This document shows, piece by piece, positions 40,497-49,533 of a stretch of DNA of 64,000 nt; positions within the stretch are counted from its first letter, which is position 1, and each line of letters opens with the position of its first letter. Under the pieces are notes generated by a model. The model worked only from the letters and a program-made list of their open reading frames with translations. It was not told where the DNA came from and made no database searches. Source of the stretch: an uncultured bacterium. Its GTDB lineage: Bacteria > Babelota > Babeliae > Babelales > JABCYS01. The stretch is from NCBI GenBank assembly GCA_963705705.1, contig CAVPKK010000007.1, positions 160,001-224,000 on the forward strand. Reading direction: 5' to 3'. The position numbers and the translations under genes are program-made.

Positions 40497-40826
40497 TTAA
40501 TTTCCCCTACCGCGGATTTCGTTCAACATTTCTCTGGCCCGCTGCTCTAATGCCGGTGATGCTTGTTGGTTCACTACTGCGTCCAATAGTCGCCTTGCCT
40601 CCTCCATTTGCTGTACTTGAGTCCGACTATTTTCTTCCCGAACTTCGCTTAATAACTTCTGTGCTCGCTGCAGATTCATGCGAGCTGTTGATTCTGCAAT
40701 GGCGTTAGCGTTAGGGTTGCTTTGAGAGGAGCCGGATGTTGGACCTCCGGGAGGAGTTGGACCTGCTGTTAGGCAGGCAATTACTGATATTGGTAAAATA
40801 AAGAGTGCCATTAATTTGATCTTCAT
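40497..40826 (-). CDS. Small exported protein with one helical repeat
   Basis: aagga RBS, signal peptide MKIKLMALFILPISVIACLTA, Pro/Gly/Ser linker. Confidence 0.7.
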   Translation of the reverse strand: MKIKLMALFILPISVIACLTAGPTPPGGPTSGSSQSNPNANAIAESTARMNLQRAQKLLSEVREENSRTQVQQMEEARRLLDAVVNQQASPALEQRAREMLNEIRGRGN

Positions 40827-40854
40827 GTAGTCCTTTTTGTTGTTAATGATAGTT

Positions 40855-41292
40855 CTATTTTTCTGCTGGACCAGTAAGCCTACGCGTTCCCTTATAAGCC
40901 CCGACACGCTTAATGTCTTCGCTTGTAACATTATCGGCTATTGGCTTGCGCCATTTGGTTTGTGGTTCAATTCTAAAGCCGCTATCGGCTCTCACCGCCC
41001 TAATTTTTAAAGACTTTTTCCCGGTGGTTGCAAACTGATAAATGTAGGCAATGGCCGGTTTATCTGCTTCCCAAATAAGCAACTGCGGATTTTCAGTCGA
41101 AATTTCTAGTTGCGACTTTTTTCCCGGCGCTATGTGATGAATTACATCAGTAAATTCATCCTGGGAACCGACGATATAACGAATGGGATTTTTGAGCTTA
41201 TTGTAAAAATTCAGCGTTACCGCTGCTGGGGCAGAGGTGGCCAAACATGGTAAAGCTAACAGTGTAACTACGGCAAGAACTATTTTTTTCAT
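40855..41292 (-). CDS. Small exported hypothetical protein
   Basis: Signal peptide MKKIVLAVVTLLALPCLA followed by TSAPAA. Confidence 0.7.
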   Translation of the reverse strand: MKKIVLAVVTLLALPCLATSAPAAVTLNFYNKLKNPIRYIVGSQDEFTDVIHHIAPGKKSQLEISTENPQLLIWEADKPAIAYIYQFATTGKKSLKIRAVRADSGFRIEPQTKWRKPIADNVTSEDIKRVGAYKGTRRLTGPAEK

Positions 41293-41328
41293 AGGTGATC
41301 CATTCGGTTTATCTAGCATAATTTTTCT

Positions 41329-42288
41329 TCATTTTATAAGAGCGCCTGGTACAGATGACGTAGATTCGCCCTTTTCAGCTTTTTCTTTTTTTTCCTCGAC
41401 GGTTCCATGATATTCATAATCTCCTACCATTTCTGCAACTCCCGGATGCGGCAGATGTTGTTTAAGTATCTGGTTAAGTTGGTATTGTCTTATATGAGAA
41501 TCAACAACATCTTTGATAATTTCAGCAACCAACAGTGATTTCGAATGACCGATTTTTCCCTCTCGCTCATACGTACGCCATTTATGTATATGTTTTTCAA
41601 GATCTTCCATCATAATTCTAAAATCATTAAGTGTAGGGTCGTTCTTTTTTATATATTGTTGCATTTGCCGCTCTACCCAATCACGTATGGGTTGAATTTT
41701 TTTATAGAAAGCAATAATGTCATTGGCAGACTTGGCGCTTGCTTTTAGTTTTTGTGCATGTTTTTCAGTGTCATAAATTTCGTAATCTAGTACCGTGTCA
41801 AAGGTTAGTTCGGGAGTATGTCGAGTTTTCTCATTGGCTTTTTCCCTTAGTTCTCCCCAATGGACTAAACACTGAAAACAAGCACGTTCGGAATATTTTT
41901 TTAAACAATCATCAATAACATCTTTTATCTTTGCACCCTGCGCTAATTGTGTTTGGAACTTAATAAAATCGGGTTTGAACCGTTTAAGTTCTTGGGTATA
42001 GGCTAATTCCTGATCTACAAGGGCTAGCCTTTGAAGCTGATCGGGTATGATATGATTATGTAGCCGATCAAAATTGATGTCCGCAGTAACCCATTGATAC
42101 TTGTCGCACTCGTTCAAACGAGTAAGAACACTATTAAATTCCTTCCAAACCCCGGTGTATAGTGATTTACAAAATTCCTCTTGTGGATTTAGTACCTGGA
42201 CTTGGGCGGCTGGTGCGCTTGAAGAAAGAAGGGTAGAGCTGCCAAGGGATAACACTAGGCCAATTATTAAAGTATTCTGTTTCTTCAT
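41329..42288 (-). CDS. Exported helical hypothetical protein
   Basis: ggag RBS, signal peptide followed by SSAPAA; 319-aa ORF. Confidence 0.75.
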   Translation of the reverse strand: MKKQNTLIIGLVLSLGSSTLLSSSAPAAQVQVLNPQEEFCKSLYTGVWKEFNSVLTRLNECDKYQWVTADINFDRLHNHIIPDQLQRLALVDQELAYTQELKRFKPDFIKFQTQLAQGAKIKDVIDDCLKKYSERACFQCLVHWGELREKANEKTRHTPELTFDTVLDYEIYDTEKHAQKLKASAKSANDIIAFYKKIQPIRDWVERQMQQYIKKNDPTLNDFRIMMEDLEKHIHKWRTYEREGKIGHSKSLLVAEIIKDVVDSHIRQYQLNQILKQHLPHPGVAEMVGDYEYHGTVEEKKEKAEKGESTSSVPGALIK

Positions 42289-42467
42289 AAATGGTCTCCC
42301 TAGATGCTTATACTCTCTATGAAATTACGTTTGTTTATTATGAATTTTTGTGCCGGGCTGGGCAAAAACCCATGTCTAGTATTAAAGTAGCTGATCGATA
42401 GTTCAAAAAACAAGAGATTGTGGCAGACTATTGGCCCTCTTAACAATAACAGTACCTAAAGGATATT

Positions 42468-43079
42468 ATGGCAAAGAACGGCGAAAAGATTAGTTTAGAG
42501 CTTATTCAGGAACTCAGAGAACGTACCGGTCTTGGTATGCTCGACTGCCGCAAAGCCCTCGAAGAATCAGCAGGGGATCTCGAGCAGGCACTCGATAACC
42601 TACGCAAAAAAGGGGCTGCTAAGGCAGCAAAACGTTCTGCCAACGTTGCCGCCGAAGGTCTCGTTCATGCCTATATCCACCCTGGCTCTCGCATTGGGGT
42701 AATGGTCGAAATTAATTGCGAAACTGATTTTGTAGCCCGCACCGATGATCTCAAGCAATTTGCCCAGGATTTGTGCCTCCATATCACGGCATTAAAACCA
42801 CTGTACATTGAACCTGCAAATGTTGATGAAAAATTTTTGATGCATGAGCGAGAAATTTTTAAGGCACAACTTGCTGACGCTGGCAAGCCTGAAAAGATTA
42901 TTGATCAGATTGTAACTGGCAAAATTGAAAAATTATTTGATGAAGTTTGCCTTATCCGTCAGTCATTTGTGAAAAATGATCAGCTCACGGTAAATGATGT
43001 ACTTGATGGCCTTCGTGCAAAAATGGGTGAGAAGATCGTAATTAAACGATTTGCTCGCTATGAAATTGGTGTGTACTAA
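42468..43079 (+). CDS. tsf: Elongation factor Ts (short form)
   Basis: LRERTGLGMLDCRKAL, NCETDFVA and IKRFARYE motifs. Confidence 0.97.
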   Translation: MAKNGEKISLELIQELRERTGLGMLDCRKALEESAGDLEQALDNLRKKGAAKAAKRSANVAAEGLVHAYIHPGSRIGVMVEINCETDFVARTDDLKQFAQDLCLHITALKPLYIEPANVDEKFLMHEREIFKAQLADAGKPEKIIDQIVTGKIEKLFDEVCLIRQSFVKNDQLTVNDVLDGLRAKMGEKIVIKRFARYEIGVY

Positions 43080-43117
43080 GGATAAAAATCCATCATAAAA
43101 CCAACTAGGAAAACAAC

Positions 43118-43703
43118 ATGCTAGTCATCAATTTGAAAAACATGTACACCAACGATTTTGAGAAGTTGGTTGATAAAGAAATGGATGCGCCAATAAAACA
43201 TTTTGAACGAGAATTGGCTACCATTAGAACCGGGCGCGCACATCCGGCACTTGTCGAAGATATAAAAGTAATTGTCTATGGTGGTACGCAAATGGCCATT
43301 AGGGAACTTGCTACCATTACAACCCCCGAAGCACGCGCATTGTTTATTCAGCCATGGGATAAGTCGATCATTGGTGACATTGAAAAGGCGATCATGGCAT
43401 CCTCTTTGGGCCTTACACCTGCCAATGATGGAAATGTTGTTCGCATCACCCTGCCAGAAGTGAGCAGTCAGCGACGGGAAGAGCTTATCAAGGTTCTTGG
43501 CAAGAAGTTGGAAGAGACCCGAGAACGCATTCGAGATGTTCGGGCGACCTTCAGAACTGCAGCTAAAGAAGCTGAGCGGAAAAAGGAAATCGAGGAAGAT
43601 TTCTCTACGCTTGCAAGAACTGCTACAAAAGATACATGATAAATTTATAGCGCTTGCTCAGCAGATGAGTGATAAAAAAGAAAAAGAGATTCGCTCGGTT
43701 TAA
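43118..43703 (+). CDS. frr: Ribosome recycling factor, split by a frameshift near 43607
   Basis: IRTGRAHP, IQPWDK and LGLTPANDG in the first frame; C-terminal RLQELLQKIHDKF..KKEKEI continues in another frame. Confidence 0.93.
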
Positions 43704-43712
43704 AGTCACTTT

Positions 43713-43798
43713 CGCGCTACATCCTTTTACCCCAAACTCACCCTGAAAGGGAACCCGAGTTCAGGGGCCCCGGATTGAATAAAATCAGGATGAGCGCG
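43713..43798 (+). repeat. Palindromic element, subtype 2
   Basis: cgcgctacatcct..ccccaaactcaccctgaaagggaacccgagttcaggggcccc..tcaggatgagcgcg. Confidence 0.85.
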
Positions 43799-43867
43799 GC
43801 GGGCTTTATAATCTTATAAAGGTTTGTTAGACTACCGTTCATTGATTTGACTTAATAGTTGTTTTTC

Positions 43868-43943
43868 GAGCCGCTAGCTCAATTGGTAGAGCAACAGACT
43901 CTTAATCTGTGGGTTGTTGGTTCGATTCCAACGCGGCTCACCA
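43868..43943 (+). tRNA. tRNA-Lys (anticodon CTT)
   Basis: 76-nt cloverleaf: gagccgc/gcggctc acceptor stem, caga-ct-CTT-aa-tctg anticodon arm, GGTTCGA T-arm, encoded CCA. Confidence 0.97.
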
Positions 43944-44057
43944 TTATAAGCTAAGCCGCGGAGCATTTCGTGCTCGGTAGGCAAGCGAATTGAATTTGAA
44001 TGGCTCGGTTATGCTTATTACTCATTGAGTAGGTGAGTAATAAAATATGAAATATAC

Positions 44058-44142
44058 GCACGAGTGGCGAAATTGGCAGACGCACTGGATTTAGGTTCCA
44101 GCGCCGCAAGGCATGGGGGTTCAAGTCCCTCCTCGTGCACCA
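44058..44142 (+). tRNA. tRNA-Leu (anticodon TAG)
   Basis: 85 nt: gcacgag/ctcgtgc acceptor stem, ctgga-tt-TAG-gt-tccag anticodon arm, long variable arm, encoded CCA. Confidence 0.97.
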
Positions 44143-44231
44143 CTCAGCATCCCTGCTGAGTGAGAACAGTGGCTAAGAGAATTTGGTTTGCTTAGCGCTA
44201 GAAAACTTTGAAACCAATATTGCTGAGTGGT

Positions 44232-44289
44232 GCCCGACGAAGCCGCCAGTTCGATGATTTTATAATCATCTTGATGGCGTAGGCCGGGC
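44232..44289. repeat. Long imperfect palindrome between tRNA-Leu and tig
   Basis: gcccg..cgcca..gatgatt-ttat-aatcatc..tggcg..cgggc. Confidence 0.5.
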
Positions 44290-44353
44290 TGAAGGCACAA
44301 AGACTTCCTCAGCCCACTTATATAAGATTCTGTAATTAAAAAAGGAGTTTGTT

Positions 44354-45700
44354 ATGGAGTCTAAGAATTTACCTCATCATTTTGCTTCTCAAGAACAGGC
44401 TGATTCGTTAAGCCTGCGGCTTGAGCAAGCGCATCCGCGATTATTAACTGCTACCATGTTTGTTCCGCATGGAATTATTAATCAGTTGTACCATGAAGCG
44501 TCCGTGGTGCAAAAAGAGCAATCTCATATCTATGGCTTTGCACGCGGGCATACTCCATTAGGGTATGTAACGGATGCATTTCGCACTCATTTAGTTCAAC
44601 ACTTACATGAGCTTCTGCTTAAGCATGTAGTCCTTGATAATTTATACCAACAGTTACGCAGTCAGCGCATCGTCTTTAGTGGCGACCCAAGATTATCTTC
44701 ATACGATATTTCCCTATCCAAAGAAACAGAAGATCCGGGGGCGCGATTCACCTTTGAATGTACCCTCACTGATACGTTTACCTTACATGGTTGGAAATAT
44801 TTCCCATTCAAACCACCTAAACGCAAAAATTATCGTGACCTTGATCGCCAGGTTGAATTTTTTGTTAAGGCAGCTGAGGAAGAATCGAAGCAGCCATATG
44901 AGGCAAAAGCTCAAGTAAATGATTGGGTAAAGTTTGAGTTATGTATTGTTTCACAAGCGACCAAAGAACAGATCAGTACTTGGCAACCCTATTGGATTAT
45001 TATCGGCGGCGAAGAAATTGACATGCCGTTCCACGAGCTACTAGCAGACAAAATGGTTGGCGACGAATGGTATACCGATTCTCCTGTCCTTCAAGAGTTT
45101 CTCAGCTCAAAGATGGATGCTCGTTATTTATTCAAAATCCGCATCACTGATATAGCACCCCATGCTCGCTTCTCATTAGATGATTTTAAATCGCAGTTCC
45201 GGTTGCGGACGCATAAAGATCTGCATAAAAAATTGATTGAAGTGTTCTCATTACGCAATGATCTTACACAGCGTCGTGAAACCATTGATGCTGTCTTTAA
45301 ATTATTGCTGACCAAAAATCCGATCACCCCTCCGCCGCATGTGCTTTTGCGCAGGCAAGAATCTTTGCTGGTGCACATACAAGAAAATCCGGATTATCAG
45401 GTATATAGAATGCAGAGGGGCTTTGAAAATAACATTCAAGAACTTGCCGAAAAACAGGTTAAAGAGATGATGATCATCGATTACCTGGCAGCACGAGAAA
45501 ATATTACGGCTTCAGCGCAAGACGTTAAACAATATTTAAACTTGCTTAAACGTGCACGAACGAAAGAATTTGTGTATTTTGATCTGCCTCCTACGCGGAT
45601 TTTTGGCCAAGAAATGCCAATTTCAGATGAGTTATTAAAGCGCCATTGCATCCGCGAAAAAACATTAAACTACGTGATTCATCATCTGACGAGAAACTGA
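44354..45700 (+). CDS. tig: Divergent trigger factor
   Basis: IYGFARGHTP resembles the GFRxGxxP signature; size and position directly after tRNA-Leu fit; C-terminal IREKTLNYVI. Confidence 0.75.
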   Translation: MESKNLPHHFASQEQADSLSLRLEQAHPRLLTATMFVPHGIINQLYHEASVVQKEQSHIYGFARGHTPLGYVTDAFRTHLVQHLHELLLKHVVLDNLYQQLRSQRIVFSGDPRLSSYDISLSKETEDPGARFTFECTLTDTFTLHGWKYFPFKPPKRKNYRDLDRQVEFFVKAAEEESKQPYEAKAQVNDWVKFELCIVSQATKEQISTWQPYWIIIGGEEIDMPFHELLADKMVGDEWYTDSPVLQEFLSSKMDARYLFKIRITDIAPHARFSLDDFKSQFRLRTHKDLHKKLIEVFSLRNDLTQRRETIDAVFKLLLTKNPITPPPHVLLRRQESLLVHIQENPDYQVYRMQRGFENNIQELAEKQVKEMMIIDYLAARENITASAQDVKQYLNLLKRARTKEFVYFDLPPTRIFGQEMPISDELLKRHCIREKTLNYVIHHLTRN

Positions 45701-45705
45701 TAATA

Positions 45706-46797
45706 ATGGAAAATCTTATCATAGTGGGATCGGGACCAGCTGGTCTTACGGCCGCTATTTACACCGGTCGCGCCAATTTAAAACCACTTATCATCGAAGG
45801 CCGCGCACCTGGTGGCCAGCTAATGGGAACCACCCTAGTTGAAAACTGGCCTGGGTATAAGCAAATCATGGGCCCGGCCCTGATGGCCCAAATGAGGGAA
45901 CATGCAGCAGCCTGCGGAGCCCGTTTTTTAAGTGATGAAGCAACGAAAATCGAGATAGTAAAAGGCTCTTCTAAACAGGAAGAAGTAGATCGCGCCCATC
46001 CTGAGTCTTCGACAAGCTCAGACCTAAAGGCCTTCGATACTCAAATGACTGTCGAAGGGTTCACTCCTGAGGCCCCTCGAAGGATCGAAGGATCAAAGCG
46101 CGCTAGTGACTCCTTCTCCATAGCAACTTCAAAAAATGGCACGTTACATGCCTCCGCCATAATTGTGGCATCAGGGGCATCACCGCGCAAGCTCAAGGTA
46201 CCCGGAGAAGAAACATATTGGGGTAAAGGGGTCACCACCTGTGCCGTATGCGATGGCGCCCTATATGCCGATAAGCCAGTCGTCATCGTAGGTGGCGGCG
46301 ATACCGCCATGGAAGAGGCCCTGTTTCTAAACAAATACACCGACGATATTACTATCATACAGCTCTTAGATAAGCTCACCGCCTCATATGCGATGCAACA
46401 GCCGGTTTTAGCCAATAAGAAAATAAAGATTTTGTACCAGGCTGCTATCTCCGAGATCAAAGGGGATGCTGATCATGCACGTGAGGTGGTGATCACAGAT
46501 CAGCAAACTAAGGCACAAACAACCCTTAAGGCTGATGGTATTTTTATTGCTATTGGTCAGATACCAAATACCCAGTTTCTGAAGGGAATAGTCGATCTGG
46601 ATCAGCATGGCTATGTGCAATGCCATGAGGCGCAAACTGAGCGGTTTAGCATGCTCACAGCTACCTCTGTGCCGGGCATCTTTGCTGCCGGCGACGTATC
46701 CGATCCTCGGTACCGCCAGGCAGTCAGTGCGGCCGGTTCAGGTTGTATGGCTGCTCTCGATGTTGAGAGGTATCTAAAAAAAATTGAATCAGTATAA
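45706..46797 (+). CDS. trxB: Thioredoxin reductase with an internal repeat-derived insertion
   Basis: IIVGSGPAG, VENWPG, CAVCDG, GGGDTAMEEA and FAAGDV motifs; roughly 45 extra aa before the FSIATS strand. Confidence 0.96.
   Translation: MENLIIVGSGPAGLTAAIYTGRANLKPLIIEGRAPGGQLMGTTLVENWPGYKQIMGPALMAQMREHAAACGARFLSDEATKIEIVKGSSKQEEVDRAHPESSTSSDLKAFDTQMTVEGFTPEAPRRIEGSKRASDSFSIATSKNGTLHASAIIVASGASPRKLKVPGEETYWGKGVTTCAVCDGALYADKPVVIVGGGDTAMEEALFLNKYTDDITIIQLLDKLTASYAMQQPVLANKKIKILYQAAISEIKGDADHAREVVITDQQTKAQTTLKADGIFIAIGQIPNTQFLKGIVDLDQHGYVQCHEAQTERFSMLTATSVPGIFAAGDVSDPRYRQAVSAAGSGCMAALDVERYLKKIESV
45991..46102 (-). repeat. Nested palindromic element in frame within trxB
   Basis: cgcgcccatcctgagt..atcgaaggatcaaagcgcg arms match the 63301-63337 copy; interior holds further cttcgacaagctcag and ccttcga..tcgaagg units. 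Confidence 0.88.
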
Positions 46798-46825
46798 AAA
46801 CATGGAAACCAAAGTTTCCGTTCAC

Positions 46826-46936
46826 CCTGCAAAGTCCGCCATAGCTCATATTCGCGCTCTGATCCTTCGATTAACTCAGGATGAGCGCATTCAAGTCAAC
46901 CTATGCCCAAGAGCGTCGGCGGAAGTGTTTTGCGAA
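46826..46936 (+). repeat. Palindromic element, long form
   Basis: aagtccgccatagctcatattcgcgctctgatccttcgattaactcaggatgagcgcattcaagtcaa..ggcggaagtgttt. Confidence 0.88.
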
Positions 46937-47037
46937 ACCTTGAGCCAAATGTATCGAAGGGTTGAAAAAATCGTGATTTTCGCTTATATTTTGACCACTC
47001 AATAAAGATTACCCCATCCAATTTCCCAGGATAAATA

Positions 47038-47193
47038 ATGTCAGTAACCTTCAAGCTCAAACGCAAAAAACGTAATCGCAAGCATGGTTTTCGCATGCGT
47101 ATGAAGTCAAAAGACGGCCGTACAATTGTAAATCGCCGTCGTTCTAAGGGTAGAAAGCGTATAGCAGTTCGAGCACGCAAGACCAAGACCTAA
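47038..47193 (+). CDS. rpmH: 50S ribosomal protein L34 (absent from ORF track, 51 aa)
   Basis: Hand translation [51 protein letters not shown]; agga RBS. Confidence 0.96.
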   Translation: MSVTFKLKRKKRNRKHGFRMRMKSKDGRTIVNRRRSKGRKRIAVRARKTKT

Positions 47194-47206
47194 ACAATAT
47201 CATTAT

Positions 47207-47314
47207 CGCGAAACACTTCCGCCAATATTCTATCCGCCCAGATTGACATGAGTGCGCTCATTCTGAGTTTATCGAAGAATCAAGCGCGAAGATAAGCTAA
47301 GGCGATACTTGCGG
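47207..47314 (-). repeat. Palindromic element, long form, inverted copy
   Basis: Reverse complement aligns with 46826-46936 along its full length. Confidence 0.85.
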
Positions 47315-47452
47315 AATATGCGGTTCAATTTGTGCTATGCTGTCAGTAGACTATCTATGCAAGCTGCAATAGAATTTAAAGTGTATTGAAATGTTGGAGC
47401 GCCCGGCTAACGTTGTTGGGCGCTTCTTTATTGTAGAAAAGGGTGAAATATC

Positions 47453-48151
47453 ATGTTTGGTAATGCATTATGGCAGCTCGTCATGTCTGCCGATACTATC
47501 GGTAAGTTAGTACTACTTGTGCTCCTAGCAATGTCCATTGTTTGTTGGACAATCTTTTTCTACAAGCTCATTCTCCTTCGATTAAAAAAAGAACAGGTAA
47601 GCCAAGCCCTGCAAAAAATAAAATCGGTCCATACGTTGCCGGAACTTGTGGCATATGCAAATGCAACCGCAAAAACGTTACCGGGATACTTTTTAACACA
47701 AAATCTTGCACTGCTTCGCCGTATCTTTGAACGACATACTGGTGTAACTCCCGAATCTGCACAAGCAAACAAAAGCCTAACCCAACGAGATTGGGACACT
47801 ATCGAATTGCATATTCAGCATTCGTTTGACGACATTGTGTTCCAAGAAGAAGCATACTTACCAATTCTTTTCTCCTCAGCGGGCGTAGCAACCTTAATTG
47901 GTTTGCTCGGAACCGTTTGGGGCCTTGTTCATTCTTTCGTGCGCATTGCTGAAAAGCAGTCTGCTGATATTGCAACAATTGCTCCCGGAATTGCCGAAGC
48001 ATTAATTACCACTATGGCCGGCCTATTAGTAGCCATTCCGGCATACGTTATGTATCACTATTTGGTGGTGCAAAACAGACGCCTTGAACATGAGCTTTCT
48101 CAATTTGCTGAACGTTATGAATTGATCCTCAAAAGTCTTTTGGCTTCATAG
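47453..48151 (+). CDS. tolQ: TolQ/ExbB/MotA proton channel
   Basis: IGLLGTVWG and IAPGIAEALITT..GLLVAIPA motifs. Confidence 0.88.
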   Translation: MFGNALWQLVMSADTIGKLVLLVLLAMSIVCWTIFFYKLILLRLKKEQVSQALQKIKSVHTLPELVAYANATAKTLPGYFLTQNLALLRRIFERHTGVTPESAQANKSLTQRDWDTIELHIQHSFDDIVFQEEAYLPILFSSAGVATLIGLLGTVWGLVHSFVRIAEKQSADIATIAPGIAEALITTMAGLLVAIPAYVMYHYLVVQNRRLEHELSQFAERYELILKSLLAS

Positions 48152-48158
48152 GTGTCTT

Positions 48159-48563
48159 ATGAAAATCAAAAGAAAATCCAAAGAACAACAACTACCTGAA
48201 GTAAACGTTATTCCTCTAATCGACGTATCGCTTATGCTTTTATTGGTGTTCATGGTTACAACGCCAATGTTGCACCATGGCATCAAAGTTGAACTGCCAA
48301 AAGGCAAGGCGCAAGAAACAAGGTCTTTGGAAGAAGATCTAGTTGTTCATATCGATAAAAATAATAACCTCTTCTTCGCCGGTCAGCCAACTACGGTCAC
48401 CAAGTTAGAACAACAACTCAAAACCGGTGTAAAACCCGACAAGACGATATTTGTAAAAGCTGATCGCGGCATTTCATATGGTTCGGTAATGGAGCTCGTT
48501 GATCACATCAAGCAGATTGAGGGCATCAAGTATGTTGCATTGGCAACTGAGCGGAAAGCATAA
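48159..48563 (+). CDS. tolR: TolR/ExbD protein
   Basis: NVIPLIDVSLMLLLVFMVTTP and KADRGISYG motifs. Confidence 0.88.
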   Translation: MKIKRKSKEQQLPEVNVIPLIDVSLMLLLVFMVTTPMLHHGIKVELPKGKAQETRSLEEDLVVHIDKNNNLFFAGQPTTVTKLEQQLKTGVKPDKTIFVKADRGISYGSVMELVDHIKQIEGIKYVALATERKA

Positions 48564-49533
48564 ATTTCTTGCCCAGTTATTCTGCATTGCGGCGGCCGGG
48601 CATAGTATCGCCCTATTTCTTATCTTCTTTGTTTACCGCGGCGATCTGTATGAACGTCGCTTAACTATTAATATTCCACTCAATGCTCATATCGTTTTAT
48701 TGCCCTTTCAAAAATCGGTTTTGGGACATGGATCGCCTGCGCGCCCAAAGAGTGCTCAAGAAAATTCTTCCCCATCGCAAACGATAGATCCATCAGATGA
48801 GAACGACTCTGACAAAGAGTCTGGCTCTGAAGAGCAAACAATCGAATCTGCAATTCCATTGACTGGTCAAAAAACCTTTTTAGATAATGGTGAACTTGCA
48901 CGCAAAAAGCGGGCCAAAGAACGCGAAATTAAACGCAAGAAAAAATTAGCCCAAGAAAAAAAGGAAAAAGCGCTCAAGGAAAAGAAAAAGAAAGAGGAAG
49001 CTAAAAAGAAGGCCATCGAAGAAAAAAAGAAAGCTGAGCAAAAAGCAGCGGATGAAAAGAAAGCAGCCGAAGAGAAGAAGAAGCAAAAACAAAATGAAGA
49101 AATAGCCAAAAAGAAAGAAGCTCAAAAAGTTGAGCCAGCTAAAGACACGCCAATAAAGAATCAAAAAAATGATTCTGGGGCCCCCGACACTCGGGTTCCC
49201 TCTCAGGGTGAGTTTGGGGAAAAAGGATCAGAGCATGACGCCCCCGGCGACGGCGAACCGTTCTACGTTGGCCAATACGACCTAGAAACATTGCAACTCG
49301 CCCAAGAAGTAGCGGCCGAAATTGCACAAGTGTGGCGACCACCGGCTGGATTTAAAAATAAAAACTGTACGGTTCGTTGCGTTCTTGATTGGGATGGCAC
49401 TATGATCTCTCTTGCCTTTGAACAATCTTCAGGCAGCACGGTATTTGATATATCGGTCAAACAAGCAATCAATAAAATGAAATTCCCTAAGGAGTTATAT
49501 GGTAAGGAAATTATTCTACCATTTACGGCATAG
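48532..49533 (+). CDS. tolA: TolA/TonB-like protein
   Basis: N-terminal TM helix with His, Lys/Glu/Ala-rich helical stalk, C-terminal W..P..SSG..FD.S..AI domain; lies between tolR and tolB. Confidence 0.8.
   Translation: MLHWQLSGKHKFLAQLFCIAAAGHSIALFLIFFVYRGDLYERRLTINIPLNAHIVLLPFQKSVLGHGSPARPKSAQENSSPSQTIDPSDENDSDKESGSEEQTIESAIPLTGQKTFLDNGELARKKRAKEREIKRKKKLAQEKKEKALKEKKKKEEAKKKAIEEKKKAEQKAADEKKAAEEKKKQKQNEEIAKKKEAQKVEPAKDTPIKNQKNDSGAPDTRVPSQGEFGEKGSEHDAPGDGEPFYVGQYDLETLQLAQEVAAEIAQVWRPPAGFKNKNCTVRCVLDWDGTMISLAFEQSSGSTVFDISVKQAINKMKFPKELYGKEIILPFTA
49171..49234 (-). repeat. Palindromic element subtype 2 in frame within tolA
   Basis: Reverse complement gctctgatcctttttccccaaactcaccctgagagggaacccgagtgtcgggggccccagaatc is near-identical to the copies at 43713 and 62049. 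Confidence 0.9.

Noticed and set aside
42468..43079. EF-Ts of only 203 aa as a truncation
   Set aside because: Short EF-Ts forms of about 200 aa are established in several phyla, and both terminal motifs are present
43868..44350. tRNA genes as an integration site for a genomic island
   Set aside because: No integrase and no duplicated tRNA 3' end seen; tRNA-Leu followed by tig is ordinary synteny
46784..47186. ORFs 46784-47005 (+) and 46896-47186 (-)
   Set aside because: The first is translation of the palindromic element; the second is the antisense shadow of rpmH
48867..49164. Phe-rich antisense ORFs over tolA
   Set aside because: Low-complexity shadows of the Lys/Glu-rich stalk
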